Below, piece by piece: positions 39,737-49,664 of a stretch of 64,000 bases of DNA. Position numbers and translations under genes: made by a program. The stretch lies in the NCBI GenBank assembly GCA_963828525.1, contig CAWHEP010000005.1, forward strand, positions 64,001-128,000. The letters run 5' to 3'. The notes under the pieces are model-generated. The model did not search any database. It was not told where the DNA came from and worked only from the letters and a program-made list of their open reading frames with translations. This DNA is from an uncultured Verrucomicrobiae bacterium. GTDB lineage: Bacteria > Verrucomicrobiota > Verrucomicrobiia > Chthoniobacterales > Chthoniobacteraceae. Within the stretch, counting starts at the first letter, position 1; the number at the start of each line of letters is the position of its first letter.

Positions 39737-42019
39737 ATGGACTCCGCCAGTCCCAAGATCAGTCGCATCTACTTTCTCGGCGATTATGTGCCGCGCCGAT
39801 GCGGCATTGCGACTTTCACGGCAGACCTTCTGGAATCGACAGCGGCTGAATTCCCCGCGACGCATTGTGTCGCCGTTCCTGTGAACGACCGACCGGAGGG
39901 CTATGAATATTCGGAGCGCGTGCGTTTTGAGATTAACGAACGGGAGATCGATTCATACAGGCGCGCGGCAGATTTCCTCAACATCAATGAAGCAGAGATA
40001 GTCTGCGTTCAGCACGAGTTCGGAATCTATGGAGGCGCCGCCGGCAGCCATTTGCTGGCCTTGCTGCGCGAACTCAAGATGCCTATCGTGACTACGCTCC
40101 ATACCATCTTGAATGAACCCGACGACGCGCATCGTCGCGTAATGGAGGAAATCGCCCAGCTATCCGCGCGGCTGGTTGTAATGACTCAAAAAGGCGTGGA
40201 TTTTCTCCGCGACGTTTATCGCGTGCCGCTGGACAAGATTGACCTCATACCCCACGGCATCCCGAACATCCCGTTCGTTGATCCGCACTTTTACAAGGAT
40301 CAGTTCGGAGTCGAAGGCAAGACGGTATTGCTAACTTTCGGGCTGATTGCGCCAAACAAGGGCATAGAGCGCGTTATCGAAGCCTTGCCAGACATACTGA
40401 AGAAGTTCCCTCACGTCGTCTATATTGTGCTGGGCGCCACACACCCGAATCTGCGCAAGCACGAGGGCGAGACATACAGGCTCTCTCTCGAGCGTCTGGC
40501 AGAGGCGCGGGGCGTTAAAAAGCAGGTCATTTTTTACGACCGTTTCGTGACGATTGCCGAGCTGACAGAATTTATCGGCGCCGCGGATATATACATAACG
40601 CCTTACCTGAACGAGGCCCAGATTACGTCTGGCACCCTCGCCTATGCGTTCGGAGCGGGGAAGGCGGTCATATCCACCCCTTATTGGCATGCCGCGGAGT
40701 TGCTCGCGGAGGGGCGTGGCGTTCTTGCTCCTTTTGGTGATTCCCAAGCCATCGCTCGTGCCGTCATCGATCTGCTTGATGATCCGGCCCGCCGTCACTC
40801 GATGCGTAGAAACGCATTCATGCTTGGCAGAGAGATGGTGTGGCCCGTTGTTGCGCGCCGTTACATGGAGACTTTCGAGAGGGCGCGCGCGGGCAGGCGA
40901 TTTACGCCTCGCAAAGCTTTCGCGGGCCAGACGCTGGAAAATCGCCCATACAAACTTCCTCCCCTCAAACTGGATTACCTTTTTAAACTCAGTGACGGCA
41001 CGGGGATTTTGCAGCACGCGACCTTCAATGTGCCCAGCTTTGCCGAAGGTTATTGCACCGACGACAACGCGCGCGCCTTTATCCTCATGGTTCTGCTGGA
41101 AGAGCTTGGGGAAATTCCCCTCCGGCGCATCGATCCGCTGGCTACAACCTATCTCTCGTTTCTAAATTATGCGTTTGATCGGGACACGAAACGGTTTCGC
41201 AATTTCATGAGCTTCGACAGGCAGTGGCTTGAAAAAGAGGGCTCCGAGGAAAGTCATGCGCGCGCGCTTTGGGCGCTGGGCTCCGCCTTGGGAAGATTTC
41301 AGAACCAGGGCTTCCGAGCCATGTGTGGGTGGCTGCTTAATGAAGCATTGCCTGCTGTCTTTGATTTCTCCTCGCCCCGCGCCTGGGCTTGCGCGTTGAT
41401 CGCCATACATGAATACCTGCGCCGGTTCTCTGGAGATCGCGCGATGAACAACGCGCGCGATGTGCTCACCGCGAGGCTGGTGGATCTTTTCAAACGGACT
41501 GGTGACGATTCATGGCCGTGGTTTGAAGAGATTGTAGCCTACGACAACGGCAAAATGTCGCACGCGCTGATCCTGAGCGGATACTGGACGTCGCAGCCAG
41601 AGGTGCTTGCTGCCGGCCTGAAAACTCTGCGCTGGCTTTGCAAAATTCAGACATCGGAGAACGGGGTGTTCAGCCCCGTTGGCTCAAACGGCTTCTTCAA
41701 AAATGGCGGAGAGAGAGCTCGCTTTGATCAGCAGCCGTTGGAAGCCCATTCCGTCCTTTCCGCAAGTCTGGAAGCCTACCGTGTCACGCGCGATCGCTTT
41801 TGGCTCGTTGAAGCGCAACGGTGCTTTGAGTGGTTCCTCGGACGCAATGACCTCGGTCTTCCGCTCTATGATTCCGTCACGGGCGGCTGCCGCGATGCCT
41901 TGCACCCGGATCGGGTAAATCAAAACGAAGGAGCGGAGTCCACGCTCGCCTTCTACCTTTCTCATGCTGAGATGCAGCTCTCCCAAGCCGCTCTCGATTC
42001 CTCCACCAAGACCGTCTGA
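39737..42019 (+). CDS. GT4 glycosyltransferase fused to a C-terminal glycosidase-like (alpha/alpha) domain
   Basis: PRRCGIATF, QHEFGIYGG, SGTLAYA and STPYWHA; C-terminal GYCTDDNARA, FDQQPLEA and NQNEGAES. Confidence 0.88.
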   Translation: MDSASPKISRIYFLGDYVPRRCGIATFTADLLESTAAEFPATHCVAVPVNDRPEGYEYSERVRFEINEREIDSYRRAADFLNINEAEIVCVQHEFGIYGGAAGSHLLALLRELKMPIVTTLHTILNEPDDAHRRVMEEIAQLSARLVVMTQKGVDFLRDVYRVPLDKIDLIPHGIPNIPFVDPHFYKDQFGVEGKTVLLTFGLIAPNKGIERVIEALPDILKKFPHVVYIVLGATHPNLRKHEGETYRLSLERLAEARGVKKQVIFYDRFVTIAELTEFIGAADIYITPYLNEAQITSGTLAYAFGAGKAVISTPYWHAAELLAEGRGVLAPFGDSQAIARAVIDLLDDPARRHSMRRNAFMLGREMVWPVVARRYMETFERARAGRRFTPRKAFAGQTLENRPYKLPPLKLDYLFKLSDGTGILQHATFNVPSFAEGYCTDDNARAFILMVLLEELGEIPLRRIDPLATTYLSFLNYAFDRDTKRFRNFMSFDRQWLEKEGSEESHARALWALGSALGRFQNQGFRAMCGWLLNEALPAVFDFSSPRAWACALIAIHEYLRRFSGDRAMNNARDVLTARLVDLFKRTGDDSWPWFEEIVAYDNGKMSHALILSGYWTSQPEVLAAGLKTLRWLCKIQTSENGVFSPVGSNGFFKNGGERARFDQQPLEAHSVLSASLEAYRVTRDRFWLVEAQRCFEWFLGRNDLGLPLYDSVTGGCRDALHPDRVNQNEGAESTLAFYLSHAEMQLSQAALDSSTKTV

Positions 42020-42030
42020 CTGCCAGACTT

Positions 42031-43509
42031 ATGCCGAACTTATCCGTCTCCGAACCTGTAGCCGTCAAACGCCGGCAACTGAAACTCTGCCCGGACTCAA
42101 CCCGTGTGCTGCTGCGCCCATTTATCCCGAACAGCGCCCAGCAGGTCAGCAATGTTATCGGAAGGGCCATGTCGCTCAGCGATGCGGAAGTTGAAGAAGT
42201 TCTGGCAGAGGTGTCCGCGGAGTTTAATAACCGGCATTTTAACGCGGAGGCGATTTTTGAGCGGCATTTTCAGAAGGTGAGTCCTCACCTTTTCATTGAT
42301 CGCGCCTTGCCACGCTCGCGCGAATTGCTCATCGGCTCCCTTTTCACCGGCGAATACGCACTTGGAGTCTGCTGCTCTTTTTAATCCTTCGATTGTTCCG
42401 CATCCCGATCAATCTGATCTTCCGCAAGGAGCCCTGCGCATAATCATGAGCCTGCGCGCGACGGGCGAGGGCCACATCTCCTCCATCGAGTTTCGCAGCG
42501 GAACGATCGATGCCAGGAACGAGATCACCCTCGATCCCGTCGGCCGCATGTAAGCGCGCCAGAGCCGAATCCCGACCCGACTTACGACAAACCTGTCTTT
42601 AAGGTGAAGCTTCACGACATGGGTTTTCGGAACCCATTCAGCGAAGGCATTCTTGACTCCCTGCCGGATACATTCACCTATCGCGAACTGCAGAGGGCAA
42701 TTGATTCGCGGAGAAGGGAAATCCGGATTCGGACTCACGACGAGGAGCGCACATTCGAATGCCTTTCCTGGCTGGCCGAAAGCAATTACGAGATTTTCTT
42801 CCCAGAGAAAATGCCGCTTGGCGAACGAATCCTTTTTCCGCACTCCGCTAACGAAAGCAATGGCATCGAAGATGCCCGTTTTGTGAGGTTTGTGGATGAC
42901 GATGGAAGCGCGGTTTACTACGCCACTTACACAGCCTACAACGGGCGCGTGATCCTGCCCCAGCTCATCGAGACGCGGGATTTCCTGCGCTTCAAGATGG
43001 TAACGCTGAACGGGAATGCCGTGCAAAATAAGGGCATGGCCCTCTTCCCCCGGCGCATTCGAGGACAATATGCCATGCTGTCCCGGCAGGATGACGAGAA
43101 CCTGTTTCTCATGTATTCGGATAACCCCCATTTCTGGAGCGATCCCGTCAAACTGCTGCGCCCGGCTTTCTCCTGGGAACTCTCAAAGCTTGGCAACTGC
43201 GGTTCTCCCATCGAAACTGCGGAAGGATGGCTGGTAATTACCCATGGCGTGGGGCCGATGCGCAAATACTGCATGGGCGCGGTGCTGCTTGACCTCGAGA
43301 ACCCTCTCCGCGTGATTGGCCGCCTCCGTGAGCCTCTCATCAAGCCGGCGGAGAACGAACGCGAGGGATATGTGCCGAACGTCGTGTATTCCTGCGGCTC
43401 ACTCGCGCGGAACGGCGAAGTGATCATCCCCTACGCAATGAGTGATTTCGCGTCCAGCGTGGCCACTGTGTCCCTTGACGAGTTGCTCGGCGCTCTCCGG
43501 CGAGCCTAG
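42031..43509 (+). CDS. GH130-family glycosidase/phosphorylase (frameshifts near 42365 and 42550)
   Basis: AALFNPSIVPHPDQ, SLRATGEGHISSI, NGIEDARF, NKGMALFP, HGVG and REGYVPNVVYSCG. Confidence 0.85.
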
Positions 43510-43636
43510 GCCTGCTGGGGAGGCAAGCCCCCTTGCTCTGTCTGCGGCTGGCCACGTCCACCGGTGGCGTAGAGCGCGAATGTAGGTGAAGTCATTTCGG
43601 CTTGCCCGCGTTTCTTGGTCATCCTCTCTCAGTTCT

Positions 43637-44449
43637 ATGTATCACCACATCAAAAAGCTCATGTTCACTGTTCGGGTGGGCCAACCCGATCCCCGTTTTG
43701 GCAACATGCTCCTTGAGCAGTTTGGAGGAGCCAACGGTGAACTTGCCGCCGCGATGCAGTATTCCATTCAGGGAATCAACTGCGAAGACGTCGCGTGCAA
43801 GGACTTGCTCATGGACATCGGAACCGAGGAGCTCAGCCATCTGGAGGTCATCGGGACGCTCGCCCGTATGCATTTGAAGCCGATGAAGAAGGACGCCGAT
43901 GCCGCAGAGCATGATCCTTTGATTTGCATTGCGGGCGGCGGTGGCGTTGCTCTTTGCAACTCGATGGGCAACTCATGGACAGCGGATTACCTGAAGATAA
44001 CGGGAGAACTGGACGTCGATCTCCGCAGTAATATCGCTGCGGAAGCGCGCGCCAAGATCGTGTATGAGCGGCTCATCAACTTCTGCGACGACCCTGGCAC
44101 CAAGGAAGCGTTGCAGTTCCTCATGACCCGCGAAATCACGCACATGAGCGCCTTCATGAAAGCGCTGGACAACTTAGGCAAACCTCCGCTTTCCATTGGA
44201 CTCATTGCGCCGACACCGGGGATTGTAGACCAGTGGTATAACGACTCGACGGGGGAAGGGGATCACGGCGAGAAGGACGTAGCCGCGCCTTGGAATACTT
44301 CCGACGAAATTACGATCGTCGAAGCTCCGGCCCTACTCGAGTTCCAGGTGCTAAAAGCTACCCCGACTGGTGGCAAAACGACGTTGGATCGCTCCCTCAA
44401 AGATGCCGCGCGGCCGGCTCGTGTGACTAAAGCGAAGCCCCGTCGCTAG
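43637..44449 (+). CDS. Manganese catalase family protein
   Basis: LLEQFGGANGEL, DIGTEELSHLE, NIAAEARA and REITH. Confidence 0.92.
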   Translation: MYHHIKKLMFTVRVGQPDPRFGNMLLEQFGGANGELAAAMQYSIQGINCEDVACKDLLMDIGTEELSHLEVIGTLARMHLKPMKKDADAAEHDPLICIAGGGGVALCNSMGNSWTADYLKITGELDVDLRSNIAAEARAKIVYERLINFCDDPGTKEALQFLMTREITHMSAFMKALDNLGKPPLSIGLIAPTPGIVDQWYNDSTGEGDHGEKDVAAPWNTSDEITIVEAPALLEFQVLKATPTGGKTTLDRSLKDAARPARVTKAKPRR

Positions 44450-44509
44450 CTGGCGAATTTGGAAGAGGAGAGAAACGCGAAAGGAGCGCTTCCAACGAAT
44501 CTTGGTATT

Positions 44510-44782
44510 ATGTCTCTAACCTACCAACCGTTCGCCGAGGCGCCCGCAGTCGATCACCTGGCTCAAGACCTTCACATGAATGTGCCCGAATCCGAGCGTA
44601 TCGTCTCTGGCGTGGCGGGAATGCTTCTCGCCGCTGCCGGTCTGTCCAGAACAGGTTTGATCCGATATCTCCTGCTCCTCGCGGCAGTGTTGCTCGTCAG
44701 GCGTGGCGTGAGCGGAGAATGTCTCGTATATCGCAGGCTTGGCGTCGATAAGCGGCACGGGATGCCTCGACTTCAACAGTAA
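44510..44782 (+). CDS. DUF2892 (YgaP-like) small membrane protein
   Basis: NV...ER..S..AG...RG.SG.C..Y..LG pattern. Confidence 0.7.
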   Translation: MSLTYQPFAEAPAVDHLAQDLHMNVPESERIVSGVAGMLLAAAGLSRTGLIRYLLLLAAVLLVRRGVSGECLVYRRLGVDKRHGMPRLQQ

Positions 44783-44784
44783 AC

Positions 44785-44820
44785 AAAAACGACGCCGCCC
44801 AAATGGACGGCGTCGCTTTT
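44785..44820. terminator. Bidirectional intrinsic terminator
   Basis: AAAAA-CGACGCCG...CGGCGTCG-CTTTT between convergent genes. Confidence 0.75.
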
Positions 44821-44842
44821 CTGAGTATCTCCCTGCAGCCAG

Positions 44843-45856
44843 CTAGGGCGTCGGCACCGTCGCGATCGTCTGCAAGATTCGGCTTGCGATCTTGTAGGGA
44901 TCACCCGCTGAGTTCGGGCGGCGATCTTCAAGGTACCCTTTGTAGCCGTTGTTGACGAAACTATGTGGCACCCGGATCGATGCTCCCCGATTCGCCACCC
45001 CGTAGTTGAACTTGTCGATTGACTGGGTTTCGTGCAACCCCGTCAGGCGCAGATGATTGTCAGGCCCATACACCGCAATGTGCTCGTTCTTGTACTTATC
45101 GAACGCGGCCATCAGCGCTTCGAAGTACGCCTTGCCCCCCTTCTCGCGCATGTATTCCGTGGAAAAATTGCTGTGCATCCCTGATCCATTCCAGTCTCCC
45201 TTGATCGGCTTGCAATGCAGTTCCACGTCGATTCCGTAGCCTTCGCAAAGCCTCATCAGGAGATAGCGGGCCATCCACATCTCGTCTGCCGCCTTCCTCG
45301 AGCCTTTTCCAAAAATTTGAAACTCCCACTGCCCCTTTGCCACTTCAGCATTGATTCCTTCGTGGTTGATTCCCGCGTCCAGGCAAAGATCCAGATGCTT
45401 GTCCACGATCTCACGCGCGACGTCGCCTACGGCATTGTAACCCACGGCGGTGTAATATTTTCCTTGCGGAGAAGGGTAACCCTCTTTTGGGAACCCTAGT
45501 GGCCGCCCATCTTCCATGAGGAAGTATTCCTGTTCGAAGCCGAACCATGTGCCCGGGTCGTCCAGGATCGTCGCGCGCGCGTTGGTTGAATGCGGTGTGC
45601 CGTCTGGATGCAACACCTCACAGAGAACAAGCACCCCGTTCGTCTTCGTGGAGTCTGGATAGGAAGCCACAGGCTTCAGAACGCAGTCCGAGCTGTGACC
45701 CTCCGCTTGCTTCGTCGAGCTGCCATCGAATCCCCAATTCGGCAGGTCTTCCAGTTTCGGGAACTTATCGAAGTCCTTGACCAGGGTTTTGCCGCGCATG
45801 TTGGCAACGGGCTCGTAGCCGTCGAGCCAGATGTATTCCAGTTTGTATTTCGCCAT
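44843..45856 (-). CDS. glnII: Glutamine synthetase type II
   Basis: 337 aa; EYIWLDG, WGFDGSST, FGFEQEY, INAEVAKGQWEFQ, DWNGSGMH, RLTGLHET and YLEDRRP. Confidence 0.95.
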   Translation of the reverse strand: MAKYKLEYIWLDGYEPVANMRGKTLVKDFDKFPKLEDLPNWGFDGSSTKQAEGHSSDCVLKPVASYPDSTKTNGVLVLCEVLHPDGTPHSTNARATILDDPGTWFGFEQEYFLMEDGRPLGFPKEGYPSPQGKYYTAVGYNAVGDVAREIVDKHLDLCLDAGINHEGINAEVAKGQWEFQIFGKGSRKAADEMWMARYLLMRLCEGYGIDVELHCKPIKGDWNGSGMHSNFSTEYMREKGGKAYFEALMAAFDKYKNEHIAVYGPDNHLRLTGLHETQSIDKFNYGVANRGASIRVPHSFVNNGYKGYLEDRRPNSAGDPYKIASRILQTIATVPTP

Positions 45857-45961
45857 GATTTATTTTGCTTTTGTCTATTTTTGACCGGTCGCGCTCCAAT
45901 CAACGGTCTGGTTGTTCAATTTTGCCCTCATTTCACCACTTTTTTGCGCGTTGGCACACAT

Positions 45962-45977
45962 AGCAGGTTAGATGCCA
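45962..45977 (-). promoter_or_regulatory. sigma54 (-24/-12) promoter for glnII
   Basis: Minus strand TGGCATC-TAAC-CTGCT with exact GG/GC spacing, ~105 bp upstream of the ATG. Confidence 0.6.
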
Positions 45978-46100
45978 TTCGGGCCTTTTACCGGGCAAGT
46001 ATATTCGACTCGCGCCTTATTGTTTCTAAACCGCTCGACGACTCCGGCGCCCTCCCACAGAACCGGTTTCCTCCGGCGCTCTCATGGTGCATGATTCCCC

Positions 46101-46487
46101 ATGGAGCAAGTGAAGGACACCCTAAGGGCGACCGTGCGCATCAGTTACGACGGGAAAGTCTATAAAACTTTCCGAGGCCCAACGCCGATGAGCGTTTCGC
46201 CACCGAAGTTCGGGTGCTCCGCCATCTCGAAGAGCGACAATGTCCCTTCGTTCCGCGCCTTTTGGAGGCGGATCGCCGCGCAGTTGCGAATCGTGACGAC
46301 GAATTGCGGCAGACGGGTTGAGCATCTGGACGACGAGCCGGGCGAAGGAGCTTTTTGCCGAACTTGCCATATGGGGTCCGCCACGACGATGCCGAGGTGC
46401 AGAAACGTGACCTACCGACAATCCGATGGGCGATTTTGCCTGATCGATTTCGAATTTGCCACCATTCTCCCGGAGGCGAGAGATTGA
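46101..46487 (+). CDS. Minimal (~128 aa) protein-kinase-like protein with several internal indels
   Basis: Stitched: GKVYKTF...RFATEVRVLRHLEERQCPFVPRLLE...GVRHDDAEVRNVTY...FCLIDFEFA. Confidence 0.65.
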   Translation: MEQVKDTLRATVRISYDGKVYKTFRGPTPMSVSPPKFGCSAISKSDNVPSFRAFWRRIAAQLRIVTTNCGRRVEHLDDEPGEGAFCRTCHMGSATTMPRCRNVTYRQSDGRFCLIDFEFATILPEARD

Positions 46488-46495
46488 ACCCGTCC

Positions 46496-47327
46496 ATGGA
46501 CGCATCTCTGGATGGTTCCACGCGCCGGCTGCGGTGGTATGGACGAGACAGATCGCGGAAAGGTGCGTAAGAATAACGAGGATTCCTTCCTCGCTTTGCA
46601 GTTCGATGGCGAGGGGGTGCGTTATCTCGGCAAGGTCGGAGAAGCTTCCACCTCATCAACGGATTTCGTGTTCGCCGTGAGCGATGGGATGGGTGGAGCC
46701 GCGTCTGGGGAATACGCAAGCCGGATCACCGTCGAAAAAATCACCCGTATCTTACCAAAGTCCTTCAAACAATCCGCCGTCGGCATAGAAGCGGGATTCA
46801 CGGATGTCCTCGCGGAGATATTTGATCAGGTTCATCGCACACTGACGTATGTCGGAGGCAGTTACGAAGAGTGCTTCGGAATGGGGGCCACCCTGAGTCT
46901 TTGCTGGTTCACCCCGTCGTGGATGTACTTCGGTCATATCGGTGATAGCCGCATTTACTACCTGCCAGCGACAGGGGAGGGCATTAAACAGCTAAGCCAT
47001 GATGATACTCATGTCGGCTGGCTGTTGCGCAATGGAAAGATCAACGCGCGGGAGGCGCGCTATCACCCGCGCAGGACGGTGCTACAAAAAGCGCTTGGAG
47101 CTGGGCATCAATTTGTCGACCCACAGATTGGCTCGGTCAGCTACGCAAGCGGGGACATGTTCATGCTATGCACGGATGGCCTCGTGGAAGGGCTGTTCGA
47201 TGAGCAGTTTATGGATGTCCTGCGTTCCGCCCCTCCTGTCGCCAACCCTGCGGAGCGCCTTGTTTCCACCTCAGTGGAAGCTGCGGGTCGCGATAACACC
47301 ACAGCTCTGGTCATCCAGATCCTGTAG
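46496..47327 (+). CDS. PP2C-family Ser/Thr protein phosphatase (frameshift near the N-terminus)
   Basis: TDRGKVRKNNED, VSDGMGG, MGATL, HIGDSRIY, LCTDGL and GRDNTT. Confidence 0.92.
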
Positions 47328-47351
47328 AAAGGATTGGCCGGGTCGCGCCCC

Positions 47352-48458
47352 CTACTTCACGAGATCGCGCTTCTTGCGTGAGAGGGCGCGCGCCGCGTTG
47401 AACGAGACGCCTTCTATGAAGAAAGCGGATGCCGACTTGCCGATGGCATAGGTGCCCGCCCCGGCAATGCCCCCTGAGATCGCGTTGCCCCAGCCGGGAA
47501 GAAGCTTGAGGAGGGCGCGCGACCCTTCCCGAAGCACCAACCCTGTTCCGATGTTGGCGCCCATCGCGCCGATGAACTCGGCAGCCAGTTTCATGCTGAG
47601 TTCCCGCCCGCTCACGTACATGATTCCCGCCACCATCATCGCCTGCAAAGAGGTCAGAATCGGAAAATCCGCGAGCGGGATGGGTTGTGTTCCAATGGCC
47701 GTGCAGATCGCGGCGAAGGACTTTACCAGCACCTGCGCGATTCGCGCCTGCACGGAGCGAACGCCTGACAGTCGAGCCATCTCCAGGCGCGCTTCGTCGG
47801 GCAGCATTTCCAGGATTGCCTCCGCCAAAGGCTCGACGATCTTTCGCCGATCTGGAGTAAATGCGCCATCCTCGCCAAATCCGCCGCTGGCCGGGATTTG
47901 GAAGCAGAAGCGCAAGTGTTCACAGATCAGCACTCTTTCCTGCAGGGACGCCCGAAACTCGTCGGATGATGCGTCGGAGTCGCTCGTGTCTGACGTCGCG
48001 AGGACCCCGATGATGCCTGGCAGCGGTCGCTCCCGGCGGGCAAGAAATTCCAGAATCTTGTCGGCGACATCCATATCCTGCCCCACTGCAGAGGTCGACC
48101 GTACGAAGATGAATAAGTCGGGCGGCTCAGTGACCAGAGCATTTTTCAGCATGTTGGAAGTGCCGGGCGAGCGAATGTCCAGGATACGCAACGATCCTTT
48201 TTTCAACCGGGTCACATCGTGCCAGCCCATCTGCTTCTGGGTGTCCCGCGCGCTGTCGATGACGTCCGCGCCAAATAAAGCGTTGATCACTGCGGCCCGC
48301 GCCTGTCCTCCTTCGCCCATGAGAGCCACCCTGGGTGATCGCCTTGCCAGGAAGAGAGTCTTTAGAGGAGTAAGTTCCTGCAGGATGGGCTTCTGAAGAG
48401 CGGCGGGAAGCTTGGATACAAGACCCTCGAGCCTTTCGTAAAGCTGCAGTATATTCAT
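47352..48458 (-). CDS. YcjF/DUF697-type protein with a degenerate GTPase-like N-terminal domain
   Basis: C-terminal IGTQPIPLADFPILTSLQAMMV...LLKLLPGWG..ISG.IAGAGTYAIG; N-terminal RVALMG......VINALFG. Confidence 0.7.
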   Translation of the reverse strand: MNILQLYERLEGLVSKLPAALQKPILQELTPLKTLFLARRSPRVALMGEGGQARAAVINALFGADVIDSARDTQKQMGWHDVTRLKKGSLRILDIRSPGTSNMLKNALVTEPPDLFIFVRSTSAVGQDMDVADKILEFLARRERPLPGIIGVLATSDTSDSDASSDEFRASLQERVLICEHLRFCFQIPASGGFGEDGAFTPDRRKIVEPLAEAILEMLPDEARLEMARLSGVRSVQARIAQVLVKSFAAICTAIGTQPIPLADFPILTSLQAMMVAGIMYVSGRELSMKLAAEFIGAMGANIGTGLVLREGSRALLKLLPGWGNAISGGIAGAGTYAIGKSASAFFIEGVSFNAARALSRKKRDLVK

Positions 48459-48517
48459 GCGAGTGTCTTCTGCGAATTGGCCAAGCCCGGGATGCGGTCT
48501 GCCGACGGTTCACACCA

Positions 48518-48988
48518 TCAGCCCGCGAGGGCGGAAAGCAACTGCTCCACGTGCTCCGCGGGTTTCACCTTCCGCAGTATCGCCTTGATCTTCCTGTCCT
48601 TCCCGATGACGAACGTAGTGCGTTCGGTGCCCATGTAGGGCTTGCCATACATGCTCTTTTCCACCCACACGCCGTAGTCCTCGACGATCTTCTTCGTCCC
48701 ATCGCTAAGAAGTGGAAAAGGAAGGCTGAATTTGTCCAAAAACGCCCTGTGGCTTTCGGGTGAATCAATGCTCACGCCAAAGATCTCCGCCTTCTCGGCG
48801 AACTGATGCCAGGCGTCGCGCAGCGAACAAGCTTGGGTGGTGCATCCCGGCGTGTCGTCTTTGGGGTAAAAATAGAGAACCACGTTTTTACCCGCGAGGT
48901 CCAGGAGGGACACAGAGGTTCCTTCACCGTAGGGGCCGCCAACAGCAGTAGCGGTGAACGCGGGGGCGGGATCGTTGATTTGTAGCAT
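48518..48988 (-). CDS. bcp: Peroxiredoxin Bcp
   Basis: VLYFYPKDDTPGCTTQAC; KSMYGK.YMGTERTTFVI. Confidence 0.93.
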   Translation of the reverse strand: MLQINDPAPAFTATAVGGPYGEGTSVSLLDLAGKNVVLYFYPKDDTPGCTTQACSLRDAWHQFAEKAEIFGVSIDSPESHRAFLDKFSLPFPLLSDGTKKIVEDYGVWVEKSMYGKPYMGTERTTFVIGKDRKIKAILRKVKPAEHVEQLLSALAG

Positions 48989-49028
48989 TTGCTTTTGCCT
49001 TTCGTTTCTCGTTTGATAGTTGGCCGCG

Positions 49029-49664
49029 ATGACCACCGCCAACAAAATAACTATCGCGCGGATTCTTATGATCCCTGTGTTCGTGATGATGGCGATCTAT
49101 TACGGAAAAAGCGTGATCAGCGGCGCCCCGCAGGATTGGCAAAGGTACTGCGCCATCGGTGTCTTTCTCGTGGCAGCCGCCAGCGACGGGTTGGACGGCT
49201 ACATCGCTCGCCGCTATAACCAGCGGAGCAAATTAGGCCTGATACTGGACCCAATCGCCGACAAGGGCTTGCTGCTGGCCGGGATCATCACTCTTAGCTT
49301 CACAAAGTGGAGCTATGAATTCCCGACTTGGTTTCCTGTTCTGGTAATTACTCGCGATGTGGTGATTGTGGCGGGCACGATCGGTTTGCATTACATGGTG
49401 GGCGCCGTCCGCGTGCGGCCAAGCTGGCTCGGCAAGACGGCTACAGCTCTGCAGATGGCTGCCATTGCCTGTGTTCTGCTGCAGCTAAACCCTCTCCACC
49501 GCGATATCAAACTCGGCAGCCTGATCGTTCACTATGACTTCCTCGACATCCCGGTGGCGCTCGCCGGCCTTTTCACCTTTGCGTCTGGCATCGGCTACGT
49601 CATGGAGGGGATTGCCCAACTCCACGCCGGCGGTCATGGCTCAGAGGAAGGTTTGATTCACTAA
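49029..49664 (+). CDS. pgsA: CDP-alcohol phosphatidyltransferase (PgsA-like)
   Basis: ANKITIARI; SDGLDGYIARRYNQRSKLGLILDPIADK motif. Confidence 0.85.
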   Translation: MTTANKITIARILMIPVFVMMAIYYGKSVISGAPQDWQRYCAIGVFLVAAASDGLDGYIARRYNQRSKLGLILDPIADKGLLLAGIITLSFTKWSYEFPTWFPVLVITRDVVIVAGTIGLHYMVGAVRVRPSWLGKTATALQMAAIACVLLQLNPLHRDIKLGSLIVHYDFLDIPVALAGLFTFASGIGYVMEGIAQLHAGGHGSEEGLIH

